A DNA stretch of 64,000 nucleotides from a bacterium (lineage in GTDB: Bacteria; BMS3Abin14): assembly GCA_029210965.1 (NCBI GenBank), contig JARGFZ010000007.1, positions 27,052 to 91,051 on the forward strand, in the 5' to 3' direction. The notes below the pieces were generated by a model. It saw nothing but the letters and a program-made list of their open reading frames with translations. It was not told where the DNA came from and ran no database searches. Both the position numbers and the translations under genes were made by a program. Numbering within the stretch: position 1 is the stretch's first letter; the number at the start of each line of letters is the position of its first letter. Shown one piece after another: positions 36,483 to 46,108 of this stretch.

Positions 36483-37064
36483 ATGGCTATCGATGCACAA
36501 ACAATCGCCAACCTTTCCCCGGCCAAAAAGATCCTTCTGGTGCTGGTATCCGTAGTCCTGGTTTTCGGGCTTTACTGGCAGCTGGCCTATAAAGGGAAGG
36601 CAAGAACGATCGACAGGCTCAGGAACGACCTGAGCAATAAACAGGCCAAACTCAATGAAAATGAGGCCATTGCCAGAAACCTCCCGAGGTTCAAGGAGGA
36701 GGTCCAGAAACTTAACCAGCAGTTGGGCAAGGTCGTTCAGGAACTGCCAAACAAAAGGGAGATCCCCGACCTGCTGGAGAAGATCAGCAACCTGGGTGCT
36801 CTAAACGGCCTTGAGGTTATTTATATCAAACCGCAGAACGATGTTGATCAGGGTTTTTATGCCGAGGTTCCTATAGCGATCAAGGTAAAAGGCGGTTATC
36901 ACGAGGTAGGACTTTTCCTCGATGCACTTAGCAGGCTGCCGAGGATCATCAATGTCAGCGATATCACCATGGGCAACGCCAAGGAAGATGAGCGCAGCGG
37001 AGTTATCGTCCTGGACATCAGTGCCCTTGCCACGACTTACAGATACGTCGAGAAGGGGGGATGA
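36483..37064 (+). CDS. pilO: Type IV pilus assembly protein PilO
   Basis: The start is at 'MAIDAQTIANLSPAKKILLVLVSVVLVFGLY', with GGGAGG upstream. It has a single TM segment, a coiled coil and a PilO core. Confidence 0.8.
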   Translation: MAIDAQTIANLSPAKKILLVLVSVVLVFGLYWQLAYKGKARTIDRLRNDLSNKQAKLNENEAIARNLPRFKEEVQKLNQQLGKVVQELPNKREIPDLLEKISNLGALNGLEVIYIKPQNDVDQGFYAEVPIAIKVKGGYHEVGLFLDALSRLPRIINVSDITMGNAKEDERSGVIVLDISALATTYRYVEKGG

Positions 37065-37606
37065 TCATGAGTTTTAGGAACTTCTCACTCCCTGTCCTCC
37101 TGATTTTCCTGACAGGGGTCATGGTTGCGGGGTCAGCCTGCAGTAAAAAGGCGCCCCCATCGAAGCCGCTGGCTCCGTTAGCTGTGACGCCCAAAAAAGC
37201 GGCGCCTGCGGCAACTGCGACAGTCGCAGCTGAGGATCAGGTTTCGGCCTTTGGCTACGAAGTGTCGGGCAGAAACCCCTTTGGCTCACTCCTGAGAGTC
37301 AAGAAATTGGTGGCGGAAGGGATTCCTGAAGAGCAGTTGACACCGCTCCAGAGAATTCCGGTCACTGATATGAAGGTGGAGAGTATCATTATCAGCAGCA
37401 GGAAATCGGTAGCCCACGTCATTACTCCCGATGGGAAGGCTCATATTATTGCGATTGGAACACTAATGGGCCGGCACAAGGGTAAGGTTGTCAGGATGAA
37501 CTCGGACGAAATTATCGTAGAGGAACAGTTTGAGGATTACCTGGGAAGGGCGTTCAAGCAGGAAACGGTTCTCAGGTTACGCGAAAAAGAAGGGGAGAAT
37601 CTGTGA
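37061..37606 (+). CDS. pilP: Type IV pilus assembly lipoprotein PilP
   Basis: The lipobox is 'MVAGSAC|SKK'. A Pro/Ala-rich linker precedes a C-terminal beta-domain. Confidence 0.8.
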   Translation: MIMSFRNFSLPVLLIFLTGVMVAGSACSKKAPPSKPLAPLAVTPKKAAPAATATVAAEDQVSAFGYEVSGRNPFGSLLRVKKLVAEGIPEEQLTPLQRIPVTDMKVESIIISSRKSVAHVITPDGKAHIIAIGTLMGRHKGKVVRMNSDEIIVEEQFEDYLGRAFKQETVLRLREKEGENL

Positions 37607-40431
37607 TGAAGCGTTTTATCGCAAAACTGCCGTGGGTTCTTCTGGCGGTCTTCGCCCTGGTCGCAAGCGGGTGTGCTGCTCCCAAGAGCCAGATGCGCTC
37701 CTCCGTGGAAGAAGCAGCCTTGGCCAGTGTCACCTCGGTGACAGGTGAGGAACTGCCGGACAGGGTTCGACTGAACATTGAGGGTACGGCAACCCTCGCT
37801 TACACGGTGTTCAGACTTTCAGAACCGTTGAGGCTTATCGTTGATCTGGCTGATACCGACATAACCGGTCTCGGTGAACTGATCACGGTGGACCTTGGGA
37901 ACGTTGCCACTGTCAGCCCCATCCAGTTGTACGAGGATGCCGGGCGTATCGGCCGCCTCGAAGTCTCCCTGGTGGAGTTGTGGGACTATGAAACTTCAAG
38001 GGCTGATAACACCATAATTATCGATTTCCTCAAGCCTGTTACGGTTTCGGAAGAGACCCCCCAGGCTGATGAAATGCTCCCGGCACAACCGGTCTCCGAT
38101 AAACCGCCTGTAGAAGTGGTGGAGCTGGAACTGACCCCCGGAGGGGAAACTACGGATGCCCAGGGTGAAATTATGGCAGAAGGAACCGCTGCCGCTCAGG
38201 TTCAGGAGGATCTGCCTCCGGCCGGGTTCATTAACAGTGTCCTTTTTGTAGAGGCTGGCGACGGGTTGACCGTTGAATTCGTTGCTGATGGTAGCGTTTC
38301 AGAGTACCTGACTATGGAACTTTCAGACCCGACCCGTCTTGTGCTTGACGTTCAGAATGTGGCAAAGGGGTTCGCACCAAGCAGGATCCCGGTTGAAATG
38401 GGTGGTGTAACCAATATTCGGGTGGGTGAACATTACGATCAAAACAAGCTGCGTTTCGTTTTTGACATGGAGGGTGACCAAATACCTCCCTATTTTGTGG
38501 AATCTGCGGGATCCGGGCTGGTACTGCGAATTGGCGAGGGAGTTGTCCCGGTCCAGCAGATTGAGGCCGCAGCTGCTCAGCCCGAATTCGAGCCGGAACC
38601 CGCATCCTCCTTCACCGAGGTTTCCGCCTCCGCCCAGGTGGCTATGGCCGACAAGTCTGAGGAAAGTCTCGAACCCGCGCCTGCTACTGCCGTGGCCGGA
38701 GCGGTGGCCCAATCTGATAGCGGAGTGTCCGAAATCCGGTATCGGGCCGAAGTCTCAGGCGGTGCTGTCCTGGTCATCTCGGATCCTCCCGTCGAATACG
38801 AGATCTCCCAACCGGATGCGAGCCATCTTCTCATTGATCTCAGAGATGTAGCTCTCTCCAGGGATCTGGTCAGGAGTCAGGATACCAGGGATATGGATGG
38901 GGCACTTCAATCGATGAGTTCCTATAACCCAAGGGGCGGCGGAGGCGGCAGAATAAGCCTGACCTTTATCCCAGGCACTACCTACGAGGTGGATCAGACC
39001 GGCGGGACCCTTACTGTGTCCCTGACGGCTCCTGCGGCGGTACCGATGGCCCAGTCAATCGCTCAGAAAGTCCAGCCGGAAGCAGTTGCTCTTATTCAGA
39101 CACCCGTGTCACCGGCTCTGGTGCCGGCCGCAGCTACCGCTTCTGCTACCGAGAAGATGGTGGTAGAGGACATTGCGGTCCCCAGGGAAGTGGGACCGCA
39201 ATACACAGGGGAACGGATCACCCTTGATTTTCAGAACGCCGACCTGCTCAACGTGCTGAGACTCATAGCAGAGGTTAGCGGACTCAATATTATCACGGCG
39301 GAAGGTGTGGGCGGAAAGATCAGCATGCGCATGCAGGATGTTCCATGGGACCAGGCTCTTGATATCATCCTTAAAACCAAGGGCCTGGGACAGGTTCGGG
39401 AAGGTAACGTAGTGCGAATCGCCCCGCGGGCAATCCTGGAAGGTGAAAGGATTGCTGAACTCAAAGCCAAGGAGGCTGAAGTTAAGATGGAGAACCTGAT
39501 CCTTGAGATCGTGCCAATCAGCTACTCCAAGGCCGAGGATCTGGTGAGCCAATTAAACTCTTTCCTCAGTGCCAGGGGATCCATCACAACCGACAAGAGG
39601 ACCAACTCCCTTATTGTAAAGGACATCGAGGAGAATGTTAAAAAGATCAAAGATCTGGTGGGAGAGTTGGATGTTCCAACGCCTCAGGTAAGGATCGAAG
39701 CCAGGATCGTCATCGTTGATGAGGGCTACGTGAAGAACCTCGGTATTCAGTGGGGAGGGGTCCACGACGATGGGGCCGGAACCCAGATCTTCGGTGAATC
39801 GGGTACATCCAGTACCGGTTTTTCAGGCGCTCTCGTCAACATGCCTGCATCAAACGCCAATACTGTCCTCGGGTTCACCTTTGGCAACATCAATAATTTC
39901 ACCAACTTGGACCTCAGGCTAAGTGCTCTGGAGCAGACGAACAACGGACGAATCATTTCAAGTCCGTCCCTGCTCGTCATCCAGAACGAAACGGCCAATA
40001 TTGAGGTGAACAACCCCTTCCCTGAAAACCGAACATCTACTGAGGTAAGTGATGAGGGGTCGACCACGACAACCGAAGTTTCCTTCCCGGACATATGGAC
40101 CAAACTGAAAATAACTCCCCAGGTAACGAGCAGTGATGATATCTTCATGGAGGTTCTGGTGGAGAAGGACAGCAAGGGACAGCAGGCTGTCTTTGATGAC
40201 AACATTTTCACCGGTGTGAACAAGCACAAGCTGGAAACCAAGATTATTCTGAAAAATCACGGAACGGCAGTCATCGGCGGTCTCTATACCGAGAACGAGG
40301 GGCAAAGCAACAGCAGCGTACCGTTTTTCTCCAAGATCCCTGTTCTCGGGTGGTTGTTCAAGAACAAGAACACCTCAAACAATAGAGATGAGCTTCTCAT
40401 TTTTATCAACGCCACCATCGTCGAAGGTTAA
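37603..40431 (+). CDS. pilQ: Type IV pilus secretin PilQ (942 aa) with an N-terminal lipobox and three AMIN domains
   Basis: The signal/lipobox is 'LVASGC'. Three AMIN-like repeats are present ('RLNIEGTATLAYTVFRLSEPLRLIVDLADTDI', 'LTVEFVADGSVSEYLTMELSDPTRLVLDVQNVA', 'RYRAEVSGGAVLVISDPPVEYEISQPDASHLLIDLRDVAL'). The N0/N1 domains and a C-terminal secretin domain follow ('NNGRIISSPSLLVIQNETANIEV', 'ELLIFINATIVEG'). Confidence 0.9.
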   Translation: MMKRFIAKLPWVLLAVFALVASGCAAPKSQMRSSVEEAALASVTSVTGEELPDRVRLNIEGTATLAYTVFRLSEPLRLIVDLADTDITGLGELITVDLGNVATVSPIQLYEDAGRIGRLEVSLVELWDYETSRADNTIIIDFLKPVTVSEETPQADEMLPAQPVSDKPPVEVVELELTPGGETTDAQGEIMAEGTAAAQVQEDLPPAGFINSVLFVEAGDGLTVEFVADGSVSEYLTMELSDPTRLVLDVQNVAKGFAPSRIPVEMGGVTNIRVGEHYDQNKLRFVFDMEGDQIPPYFVESAGSGLVLRIGEGVVPVQQIEAAAAQPEFEPEPASSFTEVSASAQVAMADKSEESLEPAPATAVAGAVAQSDSGVSEIRYRAEVSGGAVLVISDPPVEYEISQPDASHLLIDLRDVALSRDLVRSQDTRDMDGALQSMSSYNPRGGGGGRISLTFIPGTTYEVDQTGGTLTVSLTAPAAVPMAQSIAQKVQPEAVALIQTPVSPALVPAAATASATEKMVVEDIAVPREVGPQYTGERITLDFQNADLLNVLRLIAEVSGLNIITAEGVGGKISMRMQDVPWDQALDIILKTKGLGQVREGNVVRIAPRAILEGERIAELKAKEAEVKMENLILEIVPISYSKAEDLVSQLNSFLSARGSITTDKRTNSLIVKDIEENVKKIKDLVGELDVPTPQVRIEARIVIVDEGYVKNLGIQWGGVHDDGAGTQIFGESGTSSTGFSGALVNMPASNANTVLGFTFGNINNFTNLDLRLSALEQTNNGRIISSPSLLVIQNETANIEVNNPFPENRTSTEVSDEGSTTTTEVSFPDIWTKLKITPQVTSSDDIFMEVLVEKDSKGQQAVFDDNIFTGVNKHKLETKIILKNHGTAVIGGLYTENEGQSNSSVPFFSKIPVLGWLFKNKNTSNNRDELLIFINATIVEG

Positions 40432-40501
40432 AAGACCCACAACAGCGACAAACGCATCCGCCGATAGGGGCGGATGCGTTTTTTTTAGGAGGATATGAGA
40501 C

Positions 40502-41659
40502 ATGCTTCGATTCCTGACGGCAGGTGAATCCCATGGCGAATCGCTCATTGCCATTCTTGAAGGGCTTCCTGCGGGCCTGGAGGTGAGTTCCGGTCAGATT
40601 AATCTAGAGCTTGCAAGAAGGCAGAAAGGTTATGGACGTGGAAAACGGATGGAAATCGAGAGCGACAAGGTGGAATTTTTTTCCGGGATGCGGGGAGGAA
40701 GGACTTTAGGCAGCCCCCTGGCAATGCGCATAAAAAATCGGGATTGGGATAATTGGCAGAATACGATGGGACCCGAGGGGAGAAATCGTGATGCCCGATC
40801 GGTTTCCAGTCCCCGGCCCGGTCACGCAGATCTTGCCGGAGGTATAAAGTACGGACATAAAGATTTCAGGAATATCCTTGAAAGAGCCAGTGCGAGAGAG
40901 ACGGCTGCCAGGGTGGCCGTGGGAGCCGTGGTAAAGGCCCTGTTGGAACGGTGCGGGGTAACCATCGGCGGACATGTTGTGTCCATTGGAGGATCATCCC
41001 CTTCAACCGCGGAATTTAAAAGGCACAGAGAGGGAGCTATTGCGGAAACCTCGCCGGTACGATGCCTGGACAAATCCGCCGAGAGGGAAATGGTAAAACT
41101 TATCGATAAAGCGATGGAAGATGGTGAGACCTTAGGTGGTGTTTTCGAGATAAAAGCCTTTGATGTTCCGGTGGGGTTGGGTAGTCACGTTCACTGGGAC
41201 CGACGTCTGGATTCTGATCTGGCCTCTGCAGTTATGAGTATTCCTGCCATTAAAGGCGTTCAGATCGGATCTGGGTTTCGAGCTGCCCAACTGCCCGGTT
41301 CAGCCGTCCACGACGCTATTTTTTACGATAAGACCAGAGGATTTTATCGTGAGACGAACAATGCCGGAGGTATCGAAGGGGGGATCACCAATGGGGAAAC
41401 AGTGATCCTCTCAGCTGCCATGAAGCCCATACCGACCCTGATGTCGCCCCTGGGATCTGTTCATTTCCTGAGTAAGAGGAAAGTTGATGCCGCAGTGGAA
41501 CGCTCCGATGTCACAGCTGTTCCTGCAGCATGCGTTATTGGTGAATCTATGGTTGCCTTTGTGCTGGCCAAGCACATGTGCGAAAAATTTGGTGGTGACT
41601 CCATGGATGAGATGCTGCAAAATCTGGAGGCGTATAAGAGTTACATTGAAAAACTGTAG
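40502..41659 (+). CDS. aroC: Chorismate synthase
   Basis: The N-terminal 'MLRFLTAGESHGESLIAILEGLPAGL' and the 385-aa size fit AroC. Confidence 0.9.
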   Translation: MLRFLTAGESHGESLIAILEGLPAGLEVSSGQINLELARRQKGYGRGKRMEIESDKVEFFSGMRGGRTLGSPLAMRIKNRDWDNWQNTMGPEGRNRDARSVSSPRPGHADLAGGIKYGHKDFRNILERASARETAARVAVGAVVKALLERCGVTIGGHVVSIGGSSPSTAEFKRHREGAIAETSPVRCLDKSAEREMVKLIDKAMEDGETLGGVFEIKAFDVPVGLGSHVHWDRRLDSDLASAVMSIPAIKGVQIGSGFRAAQLPGSAVHDAIFYDKTRGFYRETNNAGGIEGGITNGETVILSAAMKPIPTLMSPLGSVHFLSKRKVDAAVERSDVTAVPAACVIGESMVAFVLAKHMCEKFGGDSMDEMLQNLEAYKSYIEKL

Positions 41660-41663
41660 AAAC

Positions 41664-41771
41664 GGTGAACAGTGAACAGTGAACGGTATAATCACAGCTG
41701 CACACATTGTTGATATTATTTTTATCCTTTTCCAATTAATGCAGTTTTTTTTCATAGTTCACTTTTCACAA
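41664..41771. repeat. Intergenic (GTGAACR)n inverted repeat flanking the aroB promoter region
   Basis: 'GGTGAACAGTGAACAGTGAACGG' is followed 60 nt later by 'TCATAGTTCACTTTTCACAAG'. Confidence 0.55.
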
Positions 41772-41842
41772 GAGTGGAGATCCACCAACAATGAATTTCA
41801 AGCAAAATTATCTTGCTGGCTTCAAGGGATCGGGCAAAAGCG

Positions 41843-42910
41843 GTGACTGAAACAATACATGTCGGCCTTGGAAACAGATCCTATCCGATCACCATAGGCG
41901 ATAAGGCCTGGTCAGGCCTGCTGCCCCACCTTGAAAAAAATCCTTTTACATCATCTATCACCGTCATCGATGAACGGGTGAACCGACTTTACGGTGAAAG
42001 GTTTTTCGGGCTTACGGACAAGACAGGCAAACCCTCATTCCGTTTTATTCTCCCTGAGGGCGAGCAAAGTAAATCATTCCCCTTTCTGGAATCACTCTGC
42101 AGGGACATGGCAAGGAACGGAATGGATCGCGGGTCCCTGGTATTGGCACTGGGTGGTGGTGTGGTTGGTGATCTGGCAGGTCTTGCCGCCTCCGTATATC
42201 TTCGGGGAGTCCGCCTTATCCAGCTTCCAACAACCCTGCTTTCCATGGTGGACAGCAGTGTTGGTGGAAAAACCGGGATTAACATATCCGAGGGGAAAAA
42301 CCTGATCGGAACCTTTTACCAGCCGGAAGCCGTTTTCGCTGACATATCGGTACTGGGCACTCTTGATGAGCGAGACTGGTATTCGGGCCTGGCAGAGATC
42401 CTGAAAATCGCTTTGGCGTTGGATGCGGGACTATTCGACTACCTGGAATCGGTGGGGGATCTTGGACCTTCCGGAGATCTGGATGTCACCAGGACCGTTG
42501 CTGCCGCGTGCCGGCAGAAGGCGAATGTAGTGGAGCTGGATGAAAAGGAAGCCGGCTTGCGAAAGGCCCTGAATTTTGGCCATACCCTGGGGCATGGTGT
42601 TGAAGCGTCTCTTGGGTATGGAGTTCTCAGACACGGCGAGGCGGTTCTCTTTGGGATGAGGGCAGCTCTCATCCTTTCGACCAGAATGTGTGGTCTCCCC
42701 TCCGATCAGTTTCAAAGGGCCATTAAACTTTTAGACCGGATCCCGGTCCCGGATGTGGAAATTCCCCATGATCTTAACAGGTTCATAATTAAGGACAAAA
42801 AGAGTTCCGGCAACAGAATATCTGGTGTTTTCATTAAGGAGATAGGCAAACACGAATTTGTTTCCCTTGAGGATCCATCTGTGTTGGTGGAGGCGTTGAA
42901 AGTTCCGTGA
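41843..42910 (+). CDS. aroB: 3-dehydroquinate synthase
   Basis: The start is GTG at 41843 ('MTETIHVGLGNRSYPITIG'), and the NAD-binding 'GGGVVGDLAG' is present. The track ORF uses an upstream TTG at 41813. Confidence 0.85.
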   Translation: MTETIHVGLGNRSYPITIGDKAWSGLLPHLEKNPFTSSITVIDERVNRLYGERFFGLTDKTGKPSFRFILPEGEQSKSFPFLESLCRDMARNGMDRGSLVLALGGGVVGDLAGLAASVYLRGVRLIQLPTTLLSMVDSSVGGKTGINISEGKNLIGTFYQPEAVFADISVLGTLDERDWYSGLAEILKIALALDAGLFDYLESVGDLGPSGDLDVTRTVAAACRQKANVVELDEKEAGLRKALNFGHTLGHGVEASLGYGVLRHGEAVLFGMRAALILSTRMCGLPSDQFQRAIKLLDRIPVPDVEIPHDLNRFIIKDKKSSGNRISGVFIKEIGKHEFVSLEDPSVLVEALKVP

Positions 42911-43200
42911 TTCGTGATTTGTGAATCGTGAATGGTTAGGGATGTAATATCGTGACTCGTGATTTGTAGTCGGAGAGATCAGTAATCAGTAATCAGTAAA
43001 TGGGAAGTGGTGGAAGCTGGAAAGCGGTAAGGTCTCGCTGATTCGTTGTTTTTTCGAATTACGAATCACCAATCACGGCCCTTAACCATTTGACTTGAAT
43101 TACTAAATCCCATAGCATTAAGGGATGATTGATTGAGAATTTGAAACGCTTTCATGCTCTTATTCTCAATTCGGAATGCGTAATTCGTAATAGTAATAAT
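42905..43200. repeat. Repeat-rich intergenic block of about 300 bp, with 7-bp periodic (GTGATTC / GTAATCA / CGTAATT) arrays and an embedded palindrome
   Basis: It includes 'GTGATTCGTGATTTGTGAATCGTGAATGG', 'CGTGACTCGTGATTTGTAG', 'CAGTAATCAGTAATCAGTAAATGG', 'CGAATTACGAATCACCAATCACGG' and 'GCGTAATTCGTAATAGTAATAATGCG'. The palindrome is 'TTGAGAAT...ATTCTCAA' at about 43130-43170. Confidence 0.55.
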
Positions 43201-43224
43201 GCGAAACGCAGGGAGAGGTAACCC

Positions 43225-44592
43225 ATGAGCGATGATGCTATTGAGCGCTATGAACAGATGCTGTTGGAAGACCCCCAGTCAAGGGCATTTGCTCCCCTGG
43301 CTGAGGCTCACCGCAAAACGGGACGCCTGGATGATGCGATCAATGTAGCCAGAGCAGGGCTTGAGCTGAATCCTGGTTACAGCGGCGGATTAGTCGTACT
43401 TGGCCGGGCCCTCTATGAAAAGGGGGAACTCGACAACGCGATCGAGGTTCTGCTAGAGGCGCTCAAAGACACACCGGAGAATTATCTGGGACAAAAGTTC
43501 CTTGGGAAAGTCCTTTTGGCCAAGGGTGAGAATAAGGGGGCGCTGACAGCTCTCGATGCGGCAAACCTTCTTAGTCCGGAGGATGAAGAGGTGACAAGAC
43601 TCCTTGATGAAGTGAGGAGCAAGGCTGTTACCCCACCGACCATGGACTATAATGAATATGCTGCCGATTCTGCCGAAAAGGCCCGACTCGTCACTTACGA
43701 ACAAAAACCTACAACGATAGACGGGATAGAGCTTTCTCCCCTGCCGGGTGGTGAGATCGAAGAGACGTTCACCTTCTCAGGCGGAGGCACCGCCGATCCG
43801 GCGGATTTGGCCCCTGTCGATGATATCGACGGTGAAGATATGACGGCCACTGTGATCGAGGAGGAAGAGATCGAACAGGCCTCGGACCTTGAATCCCTTG
43901 ACGAACTGGGTGCTGAGGCAGCGGCGTTTATCCGGGAGGGCGAGAGTTTTGTGGAGGAATCCCTGGAGGATCTTCCAGATGAAGCGTTATTTTCAGTGGA
44001 AGAGGAAATGGATGTGGATGTTGAGCCTGAAGAGATTTTTACCCCTTCTGCTGAACCGCCTGTAGCTGCAGCGCAAGAGGCTGCGTTCGTACCAGTATTC
44101 GCGCCTGCGCCCGAACCCGAGCCTGTTCCCGAACCCGCACCTGCGCCCGAACCTTTTCCAACGCCAGTGTCTGTGCCCGCACCCGAACACCAGCATGCGC
44201 CCCAGCCAGTGTTTGAGCCAGCGCCCGTTACCCAGCTTGCACCCGAACCTGAACCGGAAATTCGGGCGGAAATTCCGATACCGCTGGATCCGCCTTCCGG
44301 TGATGATCAGTTTTCCACCGAAACCCTGGCGGAACTTTATGCCCAGCAGGGTCTTATTGAAAAAGCGGCGAATATTTACCGTCGGATCCTGGATCAGGCG
44401 CCGGAAAATGAAGCTGTGAAATTGAAGCTCGAAACCCTGGAGGAGCAAACTCCAGTAATCGTGGGATCCGTTCAGGAGGTTAAGCCCCGTGAAGAGGGCC
44501 AAACCCAGTCCCCTCAGAAGGGTGGTAATGAGGACCCTTTGAGTATGCTGGAGCGGCTTCTTGAAAATGCGGAAAGGATAAAGGGACCATGA
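43225..44592 (+). CDS. TPR protein with a long acidic/Pro-rich linker and a C-terminal TPR-like motif resembling the FimV C-terminal domain
   Basis: There are about four N-terminal TPR repeats. A roughly 200-residue D/E-rich segment follows with (P-E-P/A-P) repeats ('PAPEPEPVPEPAPAPEPFPTPVSVPAPE'). The C-terminal 'TLAELYAQQGLIEKAANIYRRILDQAPENEAVKLKLETL' matches the pattern of the FimV C-terminus ('LDLARAYIDMGDxEGARxILxEVL...'). It has no signal peptide or TM segment. Confidence 0.6.
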   Translation: MSDDAIERYEQMLLEDPQSRAFAPLAEAHRKTGRLDDAINVARAGLELNPGYSGGLVVLGRALYEKGELDNAIEVLLEALKDTPENYLGQKFLGKVLLAKGENKGALTALDAANLLSPEDEEVTRLLDEVRSKAVTPPTMDYNEYAADSAEKARLVTYEQKPTTIDGIELSPLPGGEIEETFTFSGGGTADPADLAPVDDIDGEDMTATVIEEEEIEQASDLESLDELGAEAAAFIREGESFVEESLEDLPDEALFSVEEEMDVDVEPEEIFTPSAEPPVAAAQEAAFVPVFAPAPEPEPVPEPAPAPEPFPTPVSVPAPEHQHAPQPVFEPAPVTQLAPEPEPEIRAEIPIPLDPPSGDDQFSTETLAELYAQQGLIEKAANIYRRILDQAPENEAVKLKLETLEEQTPVIVGSVQEVKPREEGQTQSPQKGGNEDPLSMLERLLENAERIKGP

Positions 44593-44948
44593 TCTTCGAA
44601 GATGTGCTGAAAAATATCGTTGAACGTTCCGATGGGGTGCTAGGTGCGGTGATCATGGGTATGGACGGAATCTCAATAGGTGAACACCTGGTTGATCCTG
44701 GTTGCACTATCCAGACCGTCGGAATAGAGTATGCGCTTGCTATCAAGAGTATACAAAAAGCCTCCGCGTCCCTTTCTGCCGGTTTGGTTCAGGAGGTTTT
44801 TATTAACACTCAGAACAACATTTTTATTCTGAGACTTATAACCGATGATTATTTCATTGCCGTAGCCATGGAGCCTGAAGGCAACCACGGGAAGACACGT
44901 TACCTGATGCGGTTATCGGTCCCGTCTCTGTTAAAGGAATTTGAATGA
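44589..44948 (+). CDS. Roadblock/LC7-domain protein (MglB-like)
   Basis: The 119-aa protein has 'GVLGAVIMGMDGISIGEH' typical of Roadblock/LC7 proteins. Its start overlaps the stop of the TPR gene. Confidence 0.7.
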   Translation: MIFEDVLKNIVERSDGVLGAVIMGMDGISIGEHLVDPGCTIQTVGIEYALAIKSIQKASASLSAGLVQEVFINTQNNIFILRLITDDYFIAVAMEPEGNHGKTRYLMRLSVPSLLKEFE

Positions 44949-45047
44949 CCCCAGTCCCAGGTTCTGGTTCTGTTTGATAAAAACCTGCCCATAAGGGTCA
45001 AAGAATTAACTGACATCACGGCAAATCGCGAATGGGGAGGGAATTAA

Positions 45048-45608
45048 TTGATCAGTACAAACCAGTTCAAGAGAGGTATTAAGGTCGAAATCGAGGGTGA
45101 ACCGTTTTCAATTATTGAATTTCAGCACGTAAAACCTGGCAAAGGGGGGGCTTTCGTCCGCACCAAACTCAAAAGCCTTATCACTGGTAACGTTTTGGAC
45201 AGAACCTACCGGTCCGGGGAAAAGCTGAAAAGGCCCGATTTTGAAGAAAAGCAGATGCAGTATCTTTACAGGGACGAGAGCGGGTTTCATTTCATGGATA
45301 CTGGTACCTACGAGCAGGTACTCTTGACTGCCGAGGACATGGGCGATCTCCAGGATTATCTCAAAGAGGAACTCGAGGTCACTGTACAGATGTACAACGG
45401 AAAGCCCATTGGGATTGATCTGCCCATTTTTGTAGAGCTTGCCATAGTCAAGGCTGAGCCGGGTGTAAAGGGCGATACAGCCACGGGAGCAACAAAACCC
45501 GCGGAAATGGAAACGGGTGCAGTGATCTTTGTCCCCCTCTTTTTGGGAGAAGGAGACGTTGTGAAGATCGATACACGCTCAGGGGAATATATCGAACGCG
45601 TGAGATAG
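45048..45608 (+). CDS. efp: Elongation factor P
   Basis: 'MISTNQFKRGIKVEIEGEPFSIIEFQHVKPGKGGAFVRTKLKSL' is the canonical EF-P N-terminus, including the 'KPGKG' loop. Confidence 0.9.
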   Translation: MISTNQFKRGIKVEIEGEPFSIIEFQHVKPGKGGAFVRTKLKSLITGNVLDRTYRSGEKLKRPDFEEKQMQYLYRDESGFHFMDTGTYEQVLLTAEDMGDLQDYLKEELEVTVQMYNGKPIGIDLPIFVELAIVKAEPGVKGDTATGATKPAEMETGAVIFVPLFLGEGDVVKIDTRSGEYIERVR

Positions 45609-45616
45609 GAGAGAAT

Positions 45617-46108
45617 TTGATGGATATCAAGGAGATTAAGGAGATCCTGAGACTTCTGGACCGATACGGTGTTCAGGATTTTACCCTTCAGAGGGGTGAT
45701 AACAGGATTCGTGTGCGAAAGGGTGGAGTCCTTGAGGAGCCTGGCCAGGTGAGGTACCGGGAAATCCCGGTGAACGAGGTGCCGTCATCGGCAGTCTCGT
45801 CGCCTCAAGGTTACCCGGCGGCACCGCCATCTTCGTTGCCAGGAGACCAGCTTACGGTAGGTGACAATCAGTTTCTTGTTACTTCGCCCATTGTGGGAAC
45901 CTTTTACAGAGCGCCCTCGCCGGAAGAACCACCCTATGTGGAGGTTAACAGCGTCGTCACCAAGGGAGCGGTGCTCTGTATCGTTGAAGCGATGAAGATA
46001 ATGAACGAGATAGAGTGTGAGGTCACCGGGAAGATCTCAACGATTCTGGTGGAAAACGCCCAGGCCGTTGAATACGGTGAGCCTCTCTTTATCGTTGACC
46101 TGGCGTGA
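45617..46108 (+). CDS. accB: Biotin carboxyl carrier protein of acetyl-CoA carboxylase
   Basis: The biotinyl-lysine motif '[10 protein letters not shown]' is C-terminal, and the central linker is Pro/Ala-rich. Confidence 0.9.
   Translation: MMDIKEIKEILRLLDRYGVQDFTLQRGDNRIRVRKGGVLEEPGQVRYREIPVNEVPSSAVSSPQGYPAAPPSSLPGDQLTVGDNQFLVTSPIVGTFYRAPSPEEPPYVEVNSVVTKGAVLCIVEAMKIMNEIECEVTGKISTILVENAQAVEYGEPLFIVDLA

Noticed and set aside
41813-41842. TTG start for aroB as given in the ORF track
   Set aside because: The downstream GTG at 41843 yields the canonical AroB N-terminus (MTETIHVGLGN...). The upstream 10 codons lie in the repeat-rich intergenic region.
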